Below, in pieces: positions 39,826-49,709 of a DNA stretch of 64,000 bases. This DNA comes from Candidatus Parcubacteria bacterium (GTDB lineage: Bacteria > Patescibacteriota > Minisyncoccia > UBA6257 > HR35). Under the pieces are notes generated by a model. It ran no database searches. It was given only the letters and a program-made list of their open reading frames with translations, and was not told the DNA's origin. A program made the position numbers and the translations under genes. The stretch spans positions 163,656 to 227,655 of the forward strand of contig AP024681.1 of the NCBI GenBank assembly GCA_025999335.1, given 5' to 3'. Numbering within the stretch: position 1 is the stretch's first letter; each line of letters opens with the position of its first letter.

Positions 39826-41553
39826 ATGACAATAACCAAAAAATATTTTATCGTAGATATTATACCACTAATCAACCTTCCACAACAAGCTCCCGATTAT
39901 TTTTCCTACTTCAGTAATTTAAAAATTAAACAAGGGGCTATTGTTGAAATAAATTTTAAAAAGCAAAGAATTTATGGATTTGTTAATAAAGTCTTACAAC
40001 CATCACAAAAAAGATTAATCTTAAAAAAAGCAACTTTTAAATTAAAACCGGTTTTAAAAATCATCAATAATCAACCAGTAATAGGCGTTGACGAATTAAA
40101 TTTAGCTAAATGGTTAAAGAATTATGCTTGTGTTTCTTTGGCTACTGCCTTAAATTTTTTTGTTCCTTATAAAAAAATTTTATTTCTAAAAAATCAAAAC
40201 AATACTCGTCATTTTAAAAAAAACAAAAAATATACAACTTACTACCATCAACACTTAGATAATCAAATTTTGCAAAACAAAAAAACATTAATTATCACCC
40301 CTCAGACTTCCTACATCAATTATCTTGCTCAAAAAATACCGCCAGCGATTGTCATTACCGATAAAAAAATCAATCAATCAACAATAGAAAAAATTATGGG
40401 CAATAATAAAAATATCTTTATAAGCGTTAAAAATGGAATCTTTTTGCCCTGGAAATTTTTAGATCAAATTATTATTTACCACGAAGGTTCAATATTTTAT
40501 AAAGAAACTTTTCGATCTCCATTTATTGATTATCGTAAAATATTTACTAAATTCTCTCAATATCACAAAATTGATTGCCATATCGTTGACGACTTACCAT
40601 CATTCGATTTCATTAAAAATCATAAAATTAATAATTATCAAAAAATTAACTTCTCGATTATAAACTCAATAGATCATTTCGAAAAAGAAATTGTTAATTT
40701 TAAAAAAACAATCATCTTTGTGCCTCAAAAAGCATTTGCTCAAAAAATTATATGCCACAATTGCCTTTCCTCTCTTGTCTGCCCTCAATGCAACCATTAT
40801 CTTATTTTTGACAACAAGCAACCTTATTGTTATATCTGCCTAACAACAATGAAAATGCCTGAACAATGTTTTAATTGCCATCAACAAAATTCCTTTGTTC
40901 TTAACCAATATGGCGTCAAAGGCATTGCTCAATTGCTTAATAACTTAAATAAAGAAATAATTATTTTAGAAAAAAATAAACGCCGTTATATAAAAGATTT
41001 TCAACAAAAAGAACAGATTTATCTAATAGGCAGTCTCTATCTTCTTAATCCCTTTCTCAAGGCAAGCGATTATGAAGCTTTTTTCTTTATTAATTTTCAT
41101 CAATTTTATACAACAAACGATTTTTTTCTTAAAGAAAAATTTTTGCGTATTTTATATTTCTTTTATAAAAAAAACACCAAAATATTTCTGGTAACCAATA
41201 TTCGCGATGAAAATATAGAAAAGGCTATTCAAACAGGTGAAATAATTAATATTCTCTTAAAAGAAAGAGAGATGTCAATGCTACCTCCTTTTAAGCGCTT
41301 AATCCTTTTAAAAGAAGGTTCTACAGATATCAAAAAAATACAACAAAAATTATTAACTATTAAAAATAATCTTAAGCAAGAAACAAAATCGGTAGAATTA
41401 TTTGGTCCTATGTTTGCCAAACCTTTTAAACAAAAAAGAAGATTCTTTCTTGAATTAATTATGAAAACTAATACTAATCTTAATTTAAATTTACATAAAA
41501 TTCTTCATAAGTACGATATTGAATATATTGACATTGATGCTTTATCTTTTTAA
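39826..41553 (+). CDS. priA: Degenerate primosomal protein N' (PriA-like)
   Basis: N-terminal 3'-DNA-binding-domain-like region, four CxxC pairs, LPPFKRL and LFGP C-terminal motifs; no Walker A. Confidence 0.75.
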   Translation: MTITKKYFIVDIIPLINLPQQAPDYFSYFSNLKIKQGAIVEINFKKQRIYGFVNKVLQPSQKRLILKKATFKLKPVLKIINNQPVIGVDELNLAKWLKNYACVSLATALNFFVPYKKILFLKNQNNTRHFKKNKKYTTYYHQHLDNQILQNKKTLIITPQTSYINYLAQKIPPAIVITDKKINQSTIEKIMGNNKNIFISVKNGIFLPWKFLDQIIIYHEGSIFYKETFRSPFIDYRKIFTKFSQYHKIDCHIVDDLPSFDFIKNHKINNYQKINFSIINSIDHFEKEIVNFKKTIIFVPQKAFAQKIICHNCLSSLVCPQCNHYLIFDNKQPYCYICLTTMKMPEQCFNCHQQNSFVLNQYGVKGIAQLLNNLNKEIIILEKNKRRYIKDFQQKEQIYLIGSLYLLNPFLKASDYEAFFFINFHQFYTTNDFFLKEKFLRILYFFYKKNTKIFLVTNIRDENIEKAIQTGEIINILLKEREMSMLPPFKRLILLKEGSTDIKKIQQKLLTIKNNLKQETKSVELFGPMFAKPFKQKRRFFLELIMKTNTNLNLNLHKILHKYDIEYIDIDALSF

Positions 41554-41563
41554 TAACTAAAAA

Positions 41564-42862
41564 TTAACGAGCAAGAGAATATCTTTTTAATACAAAAAAT
41601 GAAGCTAGAAAAGTTAAAATAAAATTTAAACACTGAGCTATAATGCTTGCGTAAACAGCTCCTAAAACGCCAAACAAAGGTATAAAAATAATATTCAAAA
41701 TAACATTTAATAATGCTGGAAATAAAGTAAGAATAAAATCTAACCACTGCTTATTGTAACTTAATAAAAAATAATCTAAAAAATTTGTTGGAAAAAGAAA
41801 AATTAAAATCCAAACAAAAACCTTCAAGATAGGCACAGATAAAGCGAATTCATAACCAAAAATAAATAATATTAACTCCTCAGACAATAAATACATTAAT
41901 ACCGCGCTCAATAAACCTATTAAAATTAATAAAACAGTAAAAACAAAAAGAATTGTTTGTAAACGTTTATAATTATTGCGACTAACCTCAAAAGATAAAA
42001 TTGGAAAAAATGCTAAAGTCAAAATAGAAGGAATAAACTGAATAACACCGACAAAACGGGAAGCAACGCTATAAACACCATTCATTTGTGGACCTAAAAA
42101 ATGAGTTATAAAAATTCTATCAGTAGCAAAAAAAACAAAACCTAATAAACCAAATAACGCTAAAGGCAAACCATTAATAATATAATACTTTAAACGCAAA
42201 AAAGTCACCGGGAAAGAAAAGTTAAGAATTATTTTTGTTTCACGCCAAAATAAAAAATAAGCAATCAATAAACTTGTAAGCATACTTAAAAGATAAGCCA
42301 TAGCAACAACTAAAATATTTTTCCAGATGATTAAACCCACAATTATAAAAACTAATAAAACTAATGAAGAAATAAAATTAAAAATAAATCTTTTCTGAGA
42401 CATTTGTTTAGCAACAAAATAACTTTCAAAATAATTTTCCAAATTTTGAAAAAAATAAAATAAAACAAATATTATATAAATATATATATTTCCAATATTT
42501 TTCGTAAATAAATAACCACCTAAGGCTAGTAAAGCAAAAATAATGGAAAGATATAATTTTAATGTAAAAACTTCGGAGATAAGAGTCAGTTTTTTTTGAT
42601 CATCGTTTTGATTATAATCGCGAATAAAAATATTAGAAATACCTAAATCAGAAAATAAAAAAAATAAACCAACAAATGAAAAAAAATACTCAAAAACACC
42701 AAACTCTGTTGGACCTAAATAACGAGAAATAAAAAGAAAAACAAAAAGCCTAACACCCTTTGAAGCAACTTCAGCAAAATATAACCAAAAAACATTCTTA
42801 AAAAACAGTTGCTTAGTATACCATTGTCTTAAAATGAATTTTATAGTTCTTTCCATAGTCAA
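41564..42862 (-). CDS. Wzx-type polysaccharide flippase (MOP family)
   Basis: About 12 TMs; RYLGPTEFG, DLGIS, GVYSVA, NIIFIPLFGVLGA. Confidence 0.88.
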   Translation of the reverse strand: MTMERTIKFILRQWYTKQLFFKNVFWLYFAEVASKGVRLFVFLFISRYLGPTEFGVFEYFFSFVGLFFLFSDLGISNIFIRDYNQNDDQKKLTLISEVFTLKLYLSIIFALLALGGYLFTKNIGNIYIYIIFVLFYFFQNLENYFESYFVAKQMSQKRFIFNFISSLVLLVFIIVGLIIWKNILVVAMAYLLSMLTSLLIAYFLFWRETKIILNFSFPVTFLRLKYYIINGLPLALFGLLGFVFFATDRIFITHFLGPQMNGVYSVASRFVGVIQFIPSILTLAFFPILSFEVSRNNYKRLQTILFVFTVLLILIGLLSAVLMYLLSEELILFIFGYEFALSVPILKVFVWILIFLFPTNFLDYFLLSYNKQWLDFILTLFPALLNVILNIIFIPLFGVLGAVYASIIAQCLNFILTFLASFFVLKRYSLAR

Positions 42863-42878
42863 AACATTAAAAGTACGA

Positions 42879-43844
42879 TTAAATATTCTTTAAATAAAAA
42901 TTTAAATTTTTATATTTAAGATAATCTTTTTTCTTAAGAATTCCTATCTGAGCTCCTAATTTTTCAATGTTTGCTGAGGCATTAGCGCTTCCCCATTTAA
43001 TTGCTTCAAGAATATGTCTTTCGCTTAAATTATAACGATTTATTTTATCAATGATCAATTTACCCAAAAAAGCACTGGCAAAAGCATCGCCGGCGCCAGT
43101 GGTATCTTCAATAATTTTAGGTTTAAATATATCGCTAACAAAAGCTTTATTTTGAAAAAAAACAATTGATCCTCGACGACCTCTTGTTAAAACTAAAACC
43201 TTTAATTTAAACTTTTTAAATATCTCCTTGCCAATTTTAAAATCATCTATTTTATTCTTGTCCTTTTTAATGTTTAATAATGTATCTGCTTCCTCGGTGT
43301 TAATAAAAAGAATATCAATTAAACTAAATAATTCAGCAGATTTAATCTCTGTCAAAAAAAAATCACTGGGGTTTATGCCTATTAATAAACTCTTATCATA
43401 GATATTCTTTAAAAACTGATTAAATATTCTTGGCTTAGTATTTGCTGTTGTTAAATAATAATATTTTTGTTGCGGCACCGATAATAACTCTGATAAAGTA
43501 AATTCATTAGCAATGCCCCGATAAACAAAAATTGTCCTCTCAGCATTAGCGCTTAAAAAAATCATTGAAAATTGTGATTCACCTTGATGTTGAAAAATAT
43601 GATATTTAATTTTGGCTTGTTTAATTTTTGAAAGAATAATTTGCGATATCAAATCATCGCCTAAACGAAAATAAGCTCGACAATTAAGTTGCAAGTTTGC
43701 AAAGGTTGCTGCGGCATTAACAGCTCCTCCTCCTAAAGCGAAGAAAATATTATCAACCTTAACTTTGTCTCCTAAAGATATTGAATCAATTTTTTGACTT
43801 TTTAAAATAATATCTAATGTGGCTGTGCCTAAAGAAATTATCAT
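42879..43844 (-). CDS. PfkB-family carbohydrate kinase
   Basis: GGGAVNAA, NTEE, DTTGAGDAF. Confidence 0.92.
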   Translation of the reverse strand: MIISLGTATLDIILKSQKIDSISLGDKVKVDNIFFALGGGAVNAAATFANLQLNCRAYFRLGDDLISQIILSKIKQAKIKYHIFQHQGESQFSMIFLSANAERTIFVYRGIANEFTLSELLSVPQQKYYYLTTANTKPRIFNQFLKNIYDKSLLIGINPSDFFLTEIKSAELFSLIDILFINTEEADTLLNIKKDKNKIDDFKIGKEIFKKFKLKVLVLTRGRRGSIVFFQNKAFVSDIFKPKIIEDTTGAGDAFASAFLGKLIIDKINRYNLSERHILEAIKWGSANASANIEKLGAQIGILKKKDYLKYKNLNFYLKNI

Positions 43845-43912
43845 TTATTTAGTCTATTTTAATGGTCTTATATTAATAATTATATTGCATATATTCTCTT
43901 TTATTATTAATA

Positions 43913-43979
43913 TCCCCCGCTATTTAAGCGGGGGAACATCGAAGTGAAGCCATCATGAGCAAACAGCCCCAGCTAAATA
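43913..43979. ncRNA. Candidate small structured RNA or regulatory hairpin
   Basis: GC-rich island; 9-bp hairpin tcccccgct/agcggggga with an alternative pairing to 43967-43979; adjacent to a TATAAT box. Confidence 0.4.
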
Positions 43980-44152
43980 ATTATAATCTAAAATATGTTT
44001 ATAACAATATCTTAAATAAAAATTAATTTTTAATTAAAATTAGTTAATCACACAATCTAACGAATATTAAAATTACGCCTCGTTACTTAAATAAATAAAA
44101 ACAGGTTAACAATATTTAGCTAAATAAGTCTACGCTAACTAAATAGAATTTG

Positions 44153-44223
44153 CTGCCGGGCTTGGATTCGAACCAAGATTTCATGGTCCAGAGCCATGCG
44201 TCCTACCCTTAGACGACCCGGCA
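44153..44223 (-). tRNA. tRNA-Gln(CTG)
   Basis: Anticodon arm CATGG-CTCTGGA-CCATG; U1-A72 pair. Confidence 0.95.
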
Positions 44224-45212
44224 TCGTTATAAATTTTTATTATTTCAATTAATAAGCCTAATAAAGGTACAATAGTAATAATTCCTAAAATACCAAAAAA
44301 TTTTCCGCCAGCAATAATCCCAAAAATAATTAATAAAGGATTTAAAGACATAGCTTTTTTCATAATAATTGGTACTAATAAATGATTTTCCAATTGTTGA
44401 ATTATAATAAAAAAACCAACTACAAAAAATACTGAATCAGGTTGCTCGACTAAAGTTATTAAAGTGGCAAAAATTAAAGTAAATAAAGGTCCTATGATTG
44501 GCAATATTTCTAATAATCCTGCCATTAAAGCAATAAAAGCAGCATATTTAATTTGTAAAATCAAACCCATAAATATATAAGTTGCCACGCCGATAAAAAG
44601 CATTAGAATAAACTCGCCAACAAACCAAAACGAAATTTTAACTTGCAAATGCCGCCAAATTTGATTATAGTAATGCAATTTATGATTAGGTAAAAAATTA
44701 AAAAAATCATAAATAAAATTTTTTGTAAAAGCAACATACAAAGAAACCACAAATATTAAAACAATTGACAATAAACTACCTAAAAAATTAGATATAAAAG
44801 ATATTACCCGTTGAAAATAAGCAGTTAAATCTTTATCATCAATTCTTAAATATTTTTTTATCTCGCCTGTTAATAAAGAAATTTTAGGTAAAACAAGATA
44901 GCCAGCATATCTGTAATCAGAATATTTATCTAAAGATTTAATAATTTGAGGTATTTGATCAATAATAATTAATGAACCAACATATATCATTAAAGAAATC
45001 AAAAGAATCAAAAGAACGTAAATTAGAAAAACGCTCAAATAATAATTAAAATGCAATTTGTATTGTAAAAATAAAGCTGCTGTTCTTATTGCTGAACCGA
45101 TTAAAATCCCGGCTAAAAATGCTAAAACAACATCTTTTAAAATCCAAAAACCAACTAAAAACACCGGAACTAACCAAAAAGTGAAAATTTTTTTTATAGA
45201 TATATTATTCAT
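44181..45212 (-). CDS. AI-2E/PerM-family membrane protein
   Basis: LEILPIIGP, QQLENHLLVP, LNPL motifs; 3' end runs into tRNA-Gln. Confidence 0.88.
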   Translation of the reverse strand: MNNISIKKIFTFWLVPVFLVGFWILKDVVLAFLAGILIGSAIRTAALFLQYKLHFNYYLSVFLIYVLLILLISLMIYVGSLIIIDQIPQIIKSLDKYSDYRYAGYLVLPKISLLTGEIKKYLRIDDKDLTAYFQRVISFISNFLGSLLSIVLIFVVSLYVAFTKNFIYDFFNFLPNHKLHYYNQIWRHLQVKISFWFVGEFILMLFIGVATYIFMGLILQIKYAAFIALMAGLLEILPIIGPLFTLIFATLITLVEQPDSVFFVVGFFIIIQQLENHLLVPIIMKKAMSLNPLLIIFGIIAGGKFFGILGIITIVPLLGLLIEIIKIYNDAGSSKGRTHGSGP

Positions 45213-45262
45213 AAATTTCCGGAATACCTAACTAATAGATATAAACCCTCGGTGTAAAATAA

Positions 45263-46549
45263 TTATACTAATTTTTTAAAAATTTTTGAAAAAGAATAAT
45301 TCTTGTAAGCTTCTGGTAAAATAGCTGTAAATTTAAGGTTTTTATAAGTAAAGAGATTATTGATAATTTTTTTGATATCTTTCACAGAGATGGTTTTAAT
45401 TTTTTTTATAATTTCTGCTGGTTTTAAAACCTTTCCTTCTTCTAATAATTGTCTACCATAAAACAACCCTGAAGAAAAACTATCTTCTAACCTAAGAAAT
45501 AAATCACTTTCAACAACAGTTTTAGCTAACAAGCATTCGCTCTCAGTGATATTAAATTTTTTTAAATTATTTATTTCTTTAACAATATTTTCTAAAACAT
45601 AAGTTAATTTGTCTAAAGCAATACCGGCATGAATAGCAAATAAACTTCTATTTGAATAGCCAGTAAAATAACTACGCAAATAATAAGCAGCGCCTAATTC
45701 TTCTCTAACTTTTAACCATAATCTTGAACTTGACTTACCGCCAACGATTAAAGCTAATAAACTAAATAAATATCTTTTATCATGTAACCTTTGCAAACCT
45801 GGCAATGGCCAACTCATAAATATATGAGCTTGATCAACTTTTTTTAAAGTAACACTTTCTTGATATTTAACTAATGGGTTTTTAAAAGTAATAATTGTTT
45901 TAGTTTTTTTATTATTATAATTTTTAAAATTTTCATTAATGATTTTTAATAAACGATCTAAATTTAAAATTTTACCGCTAATTATTATAAATGTATTTTT
46001 AAATGAATAATTATTTTTTACATAATCAATAATATCATTGCGAGTAATATTTTGCAAAGAATCTTTAGAACCTAAAATAGGCCAACCAGCCGGCTGATCG
46101 CCAAAACTTAAACGGTAGCCAAAATCAACAACTAATTGCGCTGGATCATCATTGTACATATTTATTTCTTCAAAAATTACCTGACGTTCTTTGTCTATTT
46201 CTTCTTTATCAAATAAAGAATTAACAAGAATATCGTTTAATAAAAATATTGCTTTTTCTGAAAATTGAGGTAAAACTTTAATATAAAAACCGGTATATTG
46301 ATAAGTTGTAAAAGCATTATAAATACCTCCCATTTTATCTATCTCCTCAAGCAAAGATTTTGGATTAGGAAAATTTTTAGTACCTTTAAAATACAAATGC
46401 TCTATAAAATGAGAAATACCGTTATTTTTCTTAATTTCATTATCAACACCAACTTTAACAAGAATTATAAAAGATGTCGACAGAGCATCATTCATATGAT
46501 TAACTAATATTTTCAAACCTTTAATTCCTTGAAAAACTTTAAAAGACAT
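45263..46549 (-). CDS. M16 family zinc peptidase
   Basis: Inverted zinc motif HFIEH, NAFT, SSRLWLKVREELG. Confidence 0.92.
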   Translation of the reverse strand: MSFKVFQGIKGLKILVNHMNDALSTSFIILVKVGVDNEIKKNNGISHFIEHLYFKGTKNFPNPKSLLEEIDKMGGIYNAFTTYQYTGFYIKVLPQFSEKAIFLLNDILVNSLFDKEEIDKERQVIFEEINMYNDDPAQLVVDFGYRLSFGDQPAGWPILGSKDSLQNITRNDIIDYVKNNYSFKNTFIIISGKILNLDRLLKIINENFKNYNNKKTKTIITFKNPLVKYQESVTLKKVDQAHIFMSWPLPGLQRLHDKRYLFSLLALIVGGKSSSRLWLKVREELGAAYYLRSYFTGYSNRSLFAIHAGIALDKLTYVLENIVKEINNLKKFNITESECLLAKTVVESDLFLRLEDSFSSGLFYGRQLLEEGKVLKPAEIIKKIKTISVKDIKKIINNLFTYKNLKFTAILPEAYKNYSFSKIFKKLV

Positions 46550-46604
46550 ATTAGAGATTTAAAAATTTAATAAATATATAAATATATTAAATTTTAACAA
46601 TAAG

Positions 46605-46847
46605 TTAAATTGATAATTTTATTCCTTGTTTTTGTAAGATTGATTTAGCTGTGTCTGATAATTTAGCTCCATTTTTAACATAAAAATCAATCAATTCTTT
46701 TTTAAAATTTCCCTTTTTTAAATAAGGATTCCACCATCCTAAAATATTGATTGTCTTACCATTTAATTTCCATCTTTTATCCTGAAGAACTAAACGATAA
46801 ATCTTTTGATTCTTTTTACCAATTTTTTGAAAACGTATAACTAACAT
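46605..46847 (-). CDS. rpsP: 30S ribosomal protein bS16
   Basis: MLVIRFQKIGKK..YRLV, LGWWNP, NGAKLSDT. Confidence 0.93.
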   Translation of the reverse strand: MLVIRFQKIGKKNQKIYRLVLQDKRWKLNGKTINILGWWNPYLKKGNFKKELIDFYVKNGAKLSDTAKSILQKQGIKLSI

Positions 46848-46869
46848 TGCTAAAAAATTATTAAAAATA

Positions 46870-47217
46870 TTATTTTATAAATTCGACTAAAGCAAGATCA
46901 GCATTATCTTTAATCCTTTTAAAAGGTAATTTTAAAATACGCACATAGCCTCCGGTACGATCTTTATAACGAGGCGACAAATCATAAAACACTTTATAGG
47001 CTGATTTTTTAGGCAAATGTTTCAATAAATATCGCAAAGTAGCTAAATTTTGATTTTTGCCTTTAGAAATTAATTTCTCTATTCTCGGTTTTAAGTATTT
47101 AGCTCGTTGCGTTGTTGTCTTTATTCTTTCATTCATAATTAAATGATGCAGCATTATCTTAAACAAAGCTTTGCGAATATTTTTTTTTCGATGAAATTTT
47201 TTTTCTTTAATTTTCAT
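46870..47217 (-). CDS. rplQ: 50S ribosomal protein bL17
   Basis: ERIKTT..RAK, RTGGYVRI. Confidence 0.95.
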   Translation of the reverse strand: MKIKEKKFHRKKNIRKALFKIMLHHLIMNERIKTTTQRAKYLKPRIEKLISKGKNQNLATLRYLLKHLPKKSAYKVFYDLSPRYKDRTGGYVRILKLPFKRIKDNADLALVEFIK

Positions 47218-47899
47218 TAATCAAAGAATTAAATTGATTAATAAGAATTTTGACACTATTATTAAAAGCTTCTTCGGGCGTCATAGTACCATCAGTTTCG
47301 ATAGTTAGACGTAATAAATTATAATCAATTCTATCTTGATAACGAATATTCTCAACTTCATAAACAGCATTAACTACTGGTGAAAATATGGCATCTAAAA
47401 TAATCTCGCCAGCAACTATCCTATCTTTAGTTCTTTCTTCAGCTGGAGAATAACCGCGTCCTTTTTCAACAGTCATTGTCATGTCTAATTTTGCTTTGCT
47501 ATCGGTTAGGGTAGCAATATGGTGATCTAAATTAATAATATTAACACCGCTAACCAGTTCAATATCTTTTGCGGTTACTTCTTTCTTACCACTAACGCTT
47601 AAGCGCAATTCAACAGGACCAGCAATGTCTAATTTAAAACGAATTTTTTTTAAAGATAAAGTTATATCCAAAATATCCTCTTGTACTCCGGGTAAAGTTG
47701 AAAATTCATGAAGCACATCTTGAATTTTTACTTTCGTAATAGCTGCGCCTTCTAAAGATGACAATAAAACTCTTCTTAAAGCATTACCCAGGGTTACTCC
47801 ATAACCAGGATACAAAGGTTTAATTTCAAAAACCGATTTATTTTTTTCTGAGAGAATAAGGTTTGGTTTTTCTGGTAATATTAAGTCATTAATAATCAT
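47207..47899 (-). CDS. rpoA: RNA polymerase alpha subunit, N-terminal domain only
   Basis: PLYPGYGVTLGNALRRVLLSS, HEFSTLPGV, GRGY, IETDG; stops at 230 aa. Confidence 0.95.
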   Translation of the reverse strand: MIINDLILPEKPNLILSEKNKSVFEIKPLYPGYGVTLGNALRRVLLSSLEGAAITKVKIQDVLHEFSTLPGVQEDILDITLSLKKIRFKLDIAGPVELRLSVSGKKEVTAKDIELVSGVNIINLDHHIATLTDSKAKLDMTMTVEKGRGYSPAEERTKDRIVAGEIILDAIFSPVVNAVYEVENIRYQDRIDYNLLRLTIETDGTMTPEEAFNNSVKILINQFNSLINEN

Positions 47900-47924
47900 T
47901 ACTTGTTAAAAATAAATATTTAAT

Positions 47925-48548
47925 TTACTGTCGACTATAAAAATCAATAACCGAAGATAAATCGAAATTATGTTGCAATTCAGAACTTTGCGGTAAATTA
48001 ACAACTGTAACGCTTAAATTATTTTCATCGAAAGAAAGCCATTTAGGAATATTATAAAATTTCAAACGTTGTTGAATATTAGCAAAATTTTTAATATGAC
48101 GAGATTGAGGACGAACAGAGATAACATCACCGCTTTTTACTAAATAAGACGGAATATTAATCTTTTTGCCGTTAACCAAAAAATGCCCATGGACAACCAA
48201 TTGTCTCGCTTCAGGTTTAGACAAAACAAAACCAGCTCTCCAAATAACATTATCTAAACGACGTTCTAAAAGTTCAATCAAAGCTTCAGCAGAATTTTTA
48301 TTTTTATTACTTTTAGCCAATTTAGCATAATTCTTCATTTGTTTTTCGCTTAATAAAAAAGCTATTCGCAGTTTTTGCTTTTCCAAAAGTTGCTTACCAA
48401 ATAAAGATAGAATTTTAGGCTTTCTACCATGCATGCCTGGCCTTGTTCGACGTCGCACCAAAGCGCATTTACCAGACAAGCATCTCTCATTAAGTCCTAA
48501 TTTTTGTCCAAACTTTCTACAATATTTGCATTTATATTGAAGTTTCAT
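47925..48548 (-). CDS. rpsD: 30S ribosomal protein uS4 (zinc-type)
   Basis: CKYCR..C..C, LERRLDN, ARQLVVHGH. Confidence 0.96.
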   Translation of the reverse strand: MKLQYKCKYCRKFGQKLGLNERCLSGKCALVRRRTRPGMHGRKPKILSLFGKQLLEKQKLRIAFLLSEKQMKNYAKLAKSNKNKNSAEALIELLERRLDNVIWRAGFVLSKPEARQLVVHGHFLVNGKKINIPSYLVKSGDVISVRPQSRHIKNFANIQQRLKFYNIPKWLSFDENNLSVTVVNLPQSSELQHNFDLSSVIDFYSRQ

Positions 48549-48551
48549 TGT

Positions 48552-48995
48552 TTAAACTCTGCGTGGTCGTGGCTTTGTAGGACCTCCAAAGGGTATTGGA
48601 GTAATGTCAGCAATTTCTGTAATATTATAATCTTTGCTAAAGAGCACTCTTAAAGCAGTTTCTCTGCCAGGTCCAATACCTTTGATTAAAACTTTTAACT
48701 CGTTAATATCGTAATTTTTTATTTTATCTAAAAAATGCTCCATTGCTCTTGTCCCAGCATAAGGAGTGCCTTTCTTTGTATTTTTCAAGCCAGCGCTACC
48801 TGAAGACGCCCAAGTCATTACATTGCCCTTGTCATCGGTTAAAGTAATTAAAGTATTATTAAATTTTGCATTAATATAAATACGACCTTTGTCTAAAAAA
48901 ATTTTTTTCTTATCCTTTTTCTTAGTCGATGTTTCTGAACTAACTGCTTCAGCTTTATCACCCTCTTGAATAATTTTTGTTCTTGTTTTACCCAT
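48552..48995 (-). CDS. rpsK: 30S ribosomal protein uS11
   Basis: FNNT, WASSG, KGTPYA, GPGRE, DITPIP. Confidence 0.95.
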   Translation of the reverse strand: MGKTRTKIIQEGDKAEAVSSETSTKKKDKKKIFLDKGRIYINAKFNNTLITLTDDKGNVMTWASSGSAGLKNTKKGTPYAGTRAMEHFLDKIKNYDINELKVLIKGIGPGRETALRVLFSKDYNITEIADITPIPFGGPTKPRPRRV

Positions 48996-49005
48996 GGTTA
49001 ATCAA

Positions 49006-49398
49006 TTATTTTTTACCGCCGCCAGCTTTACGACGAGCGCCAGTAGCAACAGTTTTTCTTGGACCTTTACGCGTACGCGCATTAGTTCTTGTTCTTTGTC
49101 CACGAACCGGTAATCCCTTTTGATGTCTCAAACCTCGATAACATTGAATATCAATTAAACGTTTAATATTTTCTTTAATTTCTCTTCTTAATTCTCCTTC
49201 TACTTTAAAATTTGCTTCAATATATTTTTCTATTTTTCCTATTTCTTGAGGGGTTAATTCATCGGTTTTTTTATTAACATCAATATCTAAAGCTGCGCAA
49301 ATTTTTTTTGCCAAACTTAAACCAATGCCGTAAATTTGCGGCAGCGCAAATAAAATTTTTTTATTTTTTTTTAATTCAACTCCTACGATGCGTACCAT
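49006..49398 (-). CDS. rpsM: 30S ribosomal protein uS13
   Basis: [29 protein letters not shown]. Confidence 0.97.
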   Translation of the reverse strand: MVRIVGVELKKNKKILFALPQIYGIGLSLAKKICAALDIDVNKKTDELTPQEIGKIEKYIEANFKVEGELRREIKENIKRLIDIQCYRGLRHQKGLPVRGQRTRTNARTRKGPRKTVATGARRKAGGGKK

Positions 49399-49406
49399 TA
49401 ATAATA

Positions 49407-49520
49407 TTAACCTTGTCTTTGTTTATGACGAAGATTTTCGCAAATTACATATCTTGTCTTTCCTCGTTTTACTATACGACACTTTTGACATCTTTTTTTG
49501 ATTGAAGGAGTGACTTTCAT
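49407..49520 (-). CDS. rpmJ: 50S ribosomal protein bL36, not in ORF track
   Basis: [37 protein letters not shown]. Confidence 0.96.
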   Translation of the reverse strand: MKVTPSIKKRCQKCRIVKRGKTRYVICENLRHKQRQG

Positions 49521-49709
49521 AATTTACAAAACTAAAATAATTTTTAAATTATACTATAAAAAAAATTAATAATAAAAAAATAATAAAAATTAAAAACTTA
49601 ACCCTATTGATACTTTAGGAATAATCAAACCAAAATATATTTTATAATAAAATTAAATATACTAAAATATATTATAACATAAAAAATTAAAATTTAAAAT
49701 AAAATCATA

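Noticed and set aside
43913-43979. Fluoride riboswitch, tmRNA or SRP RNA
   Set aside because: Only short partial resemblances (UGAUGGCUUC; GGGGCUG); the required conserved cores are absent
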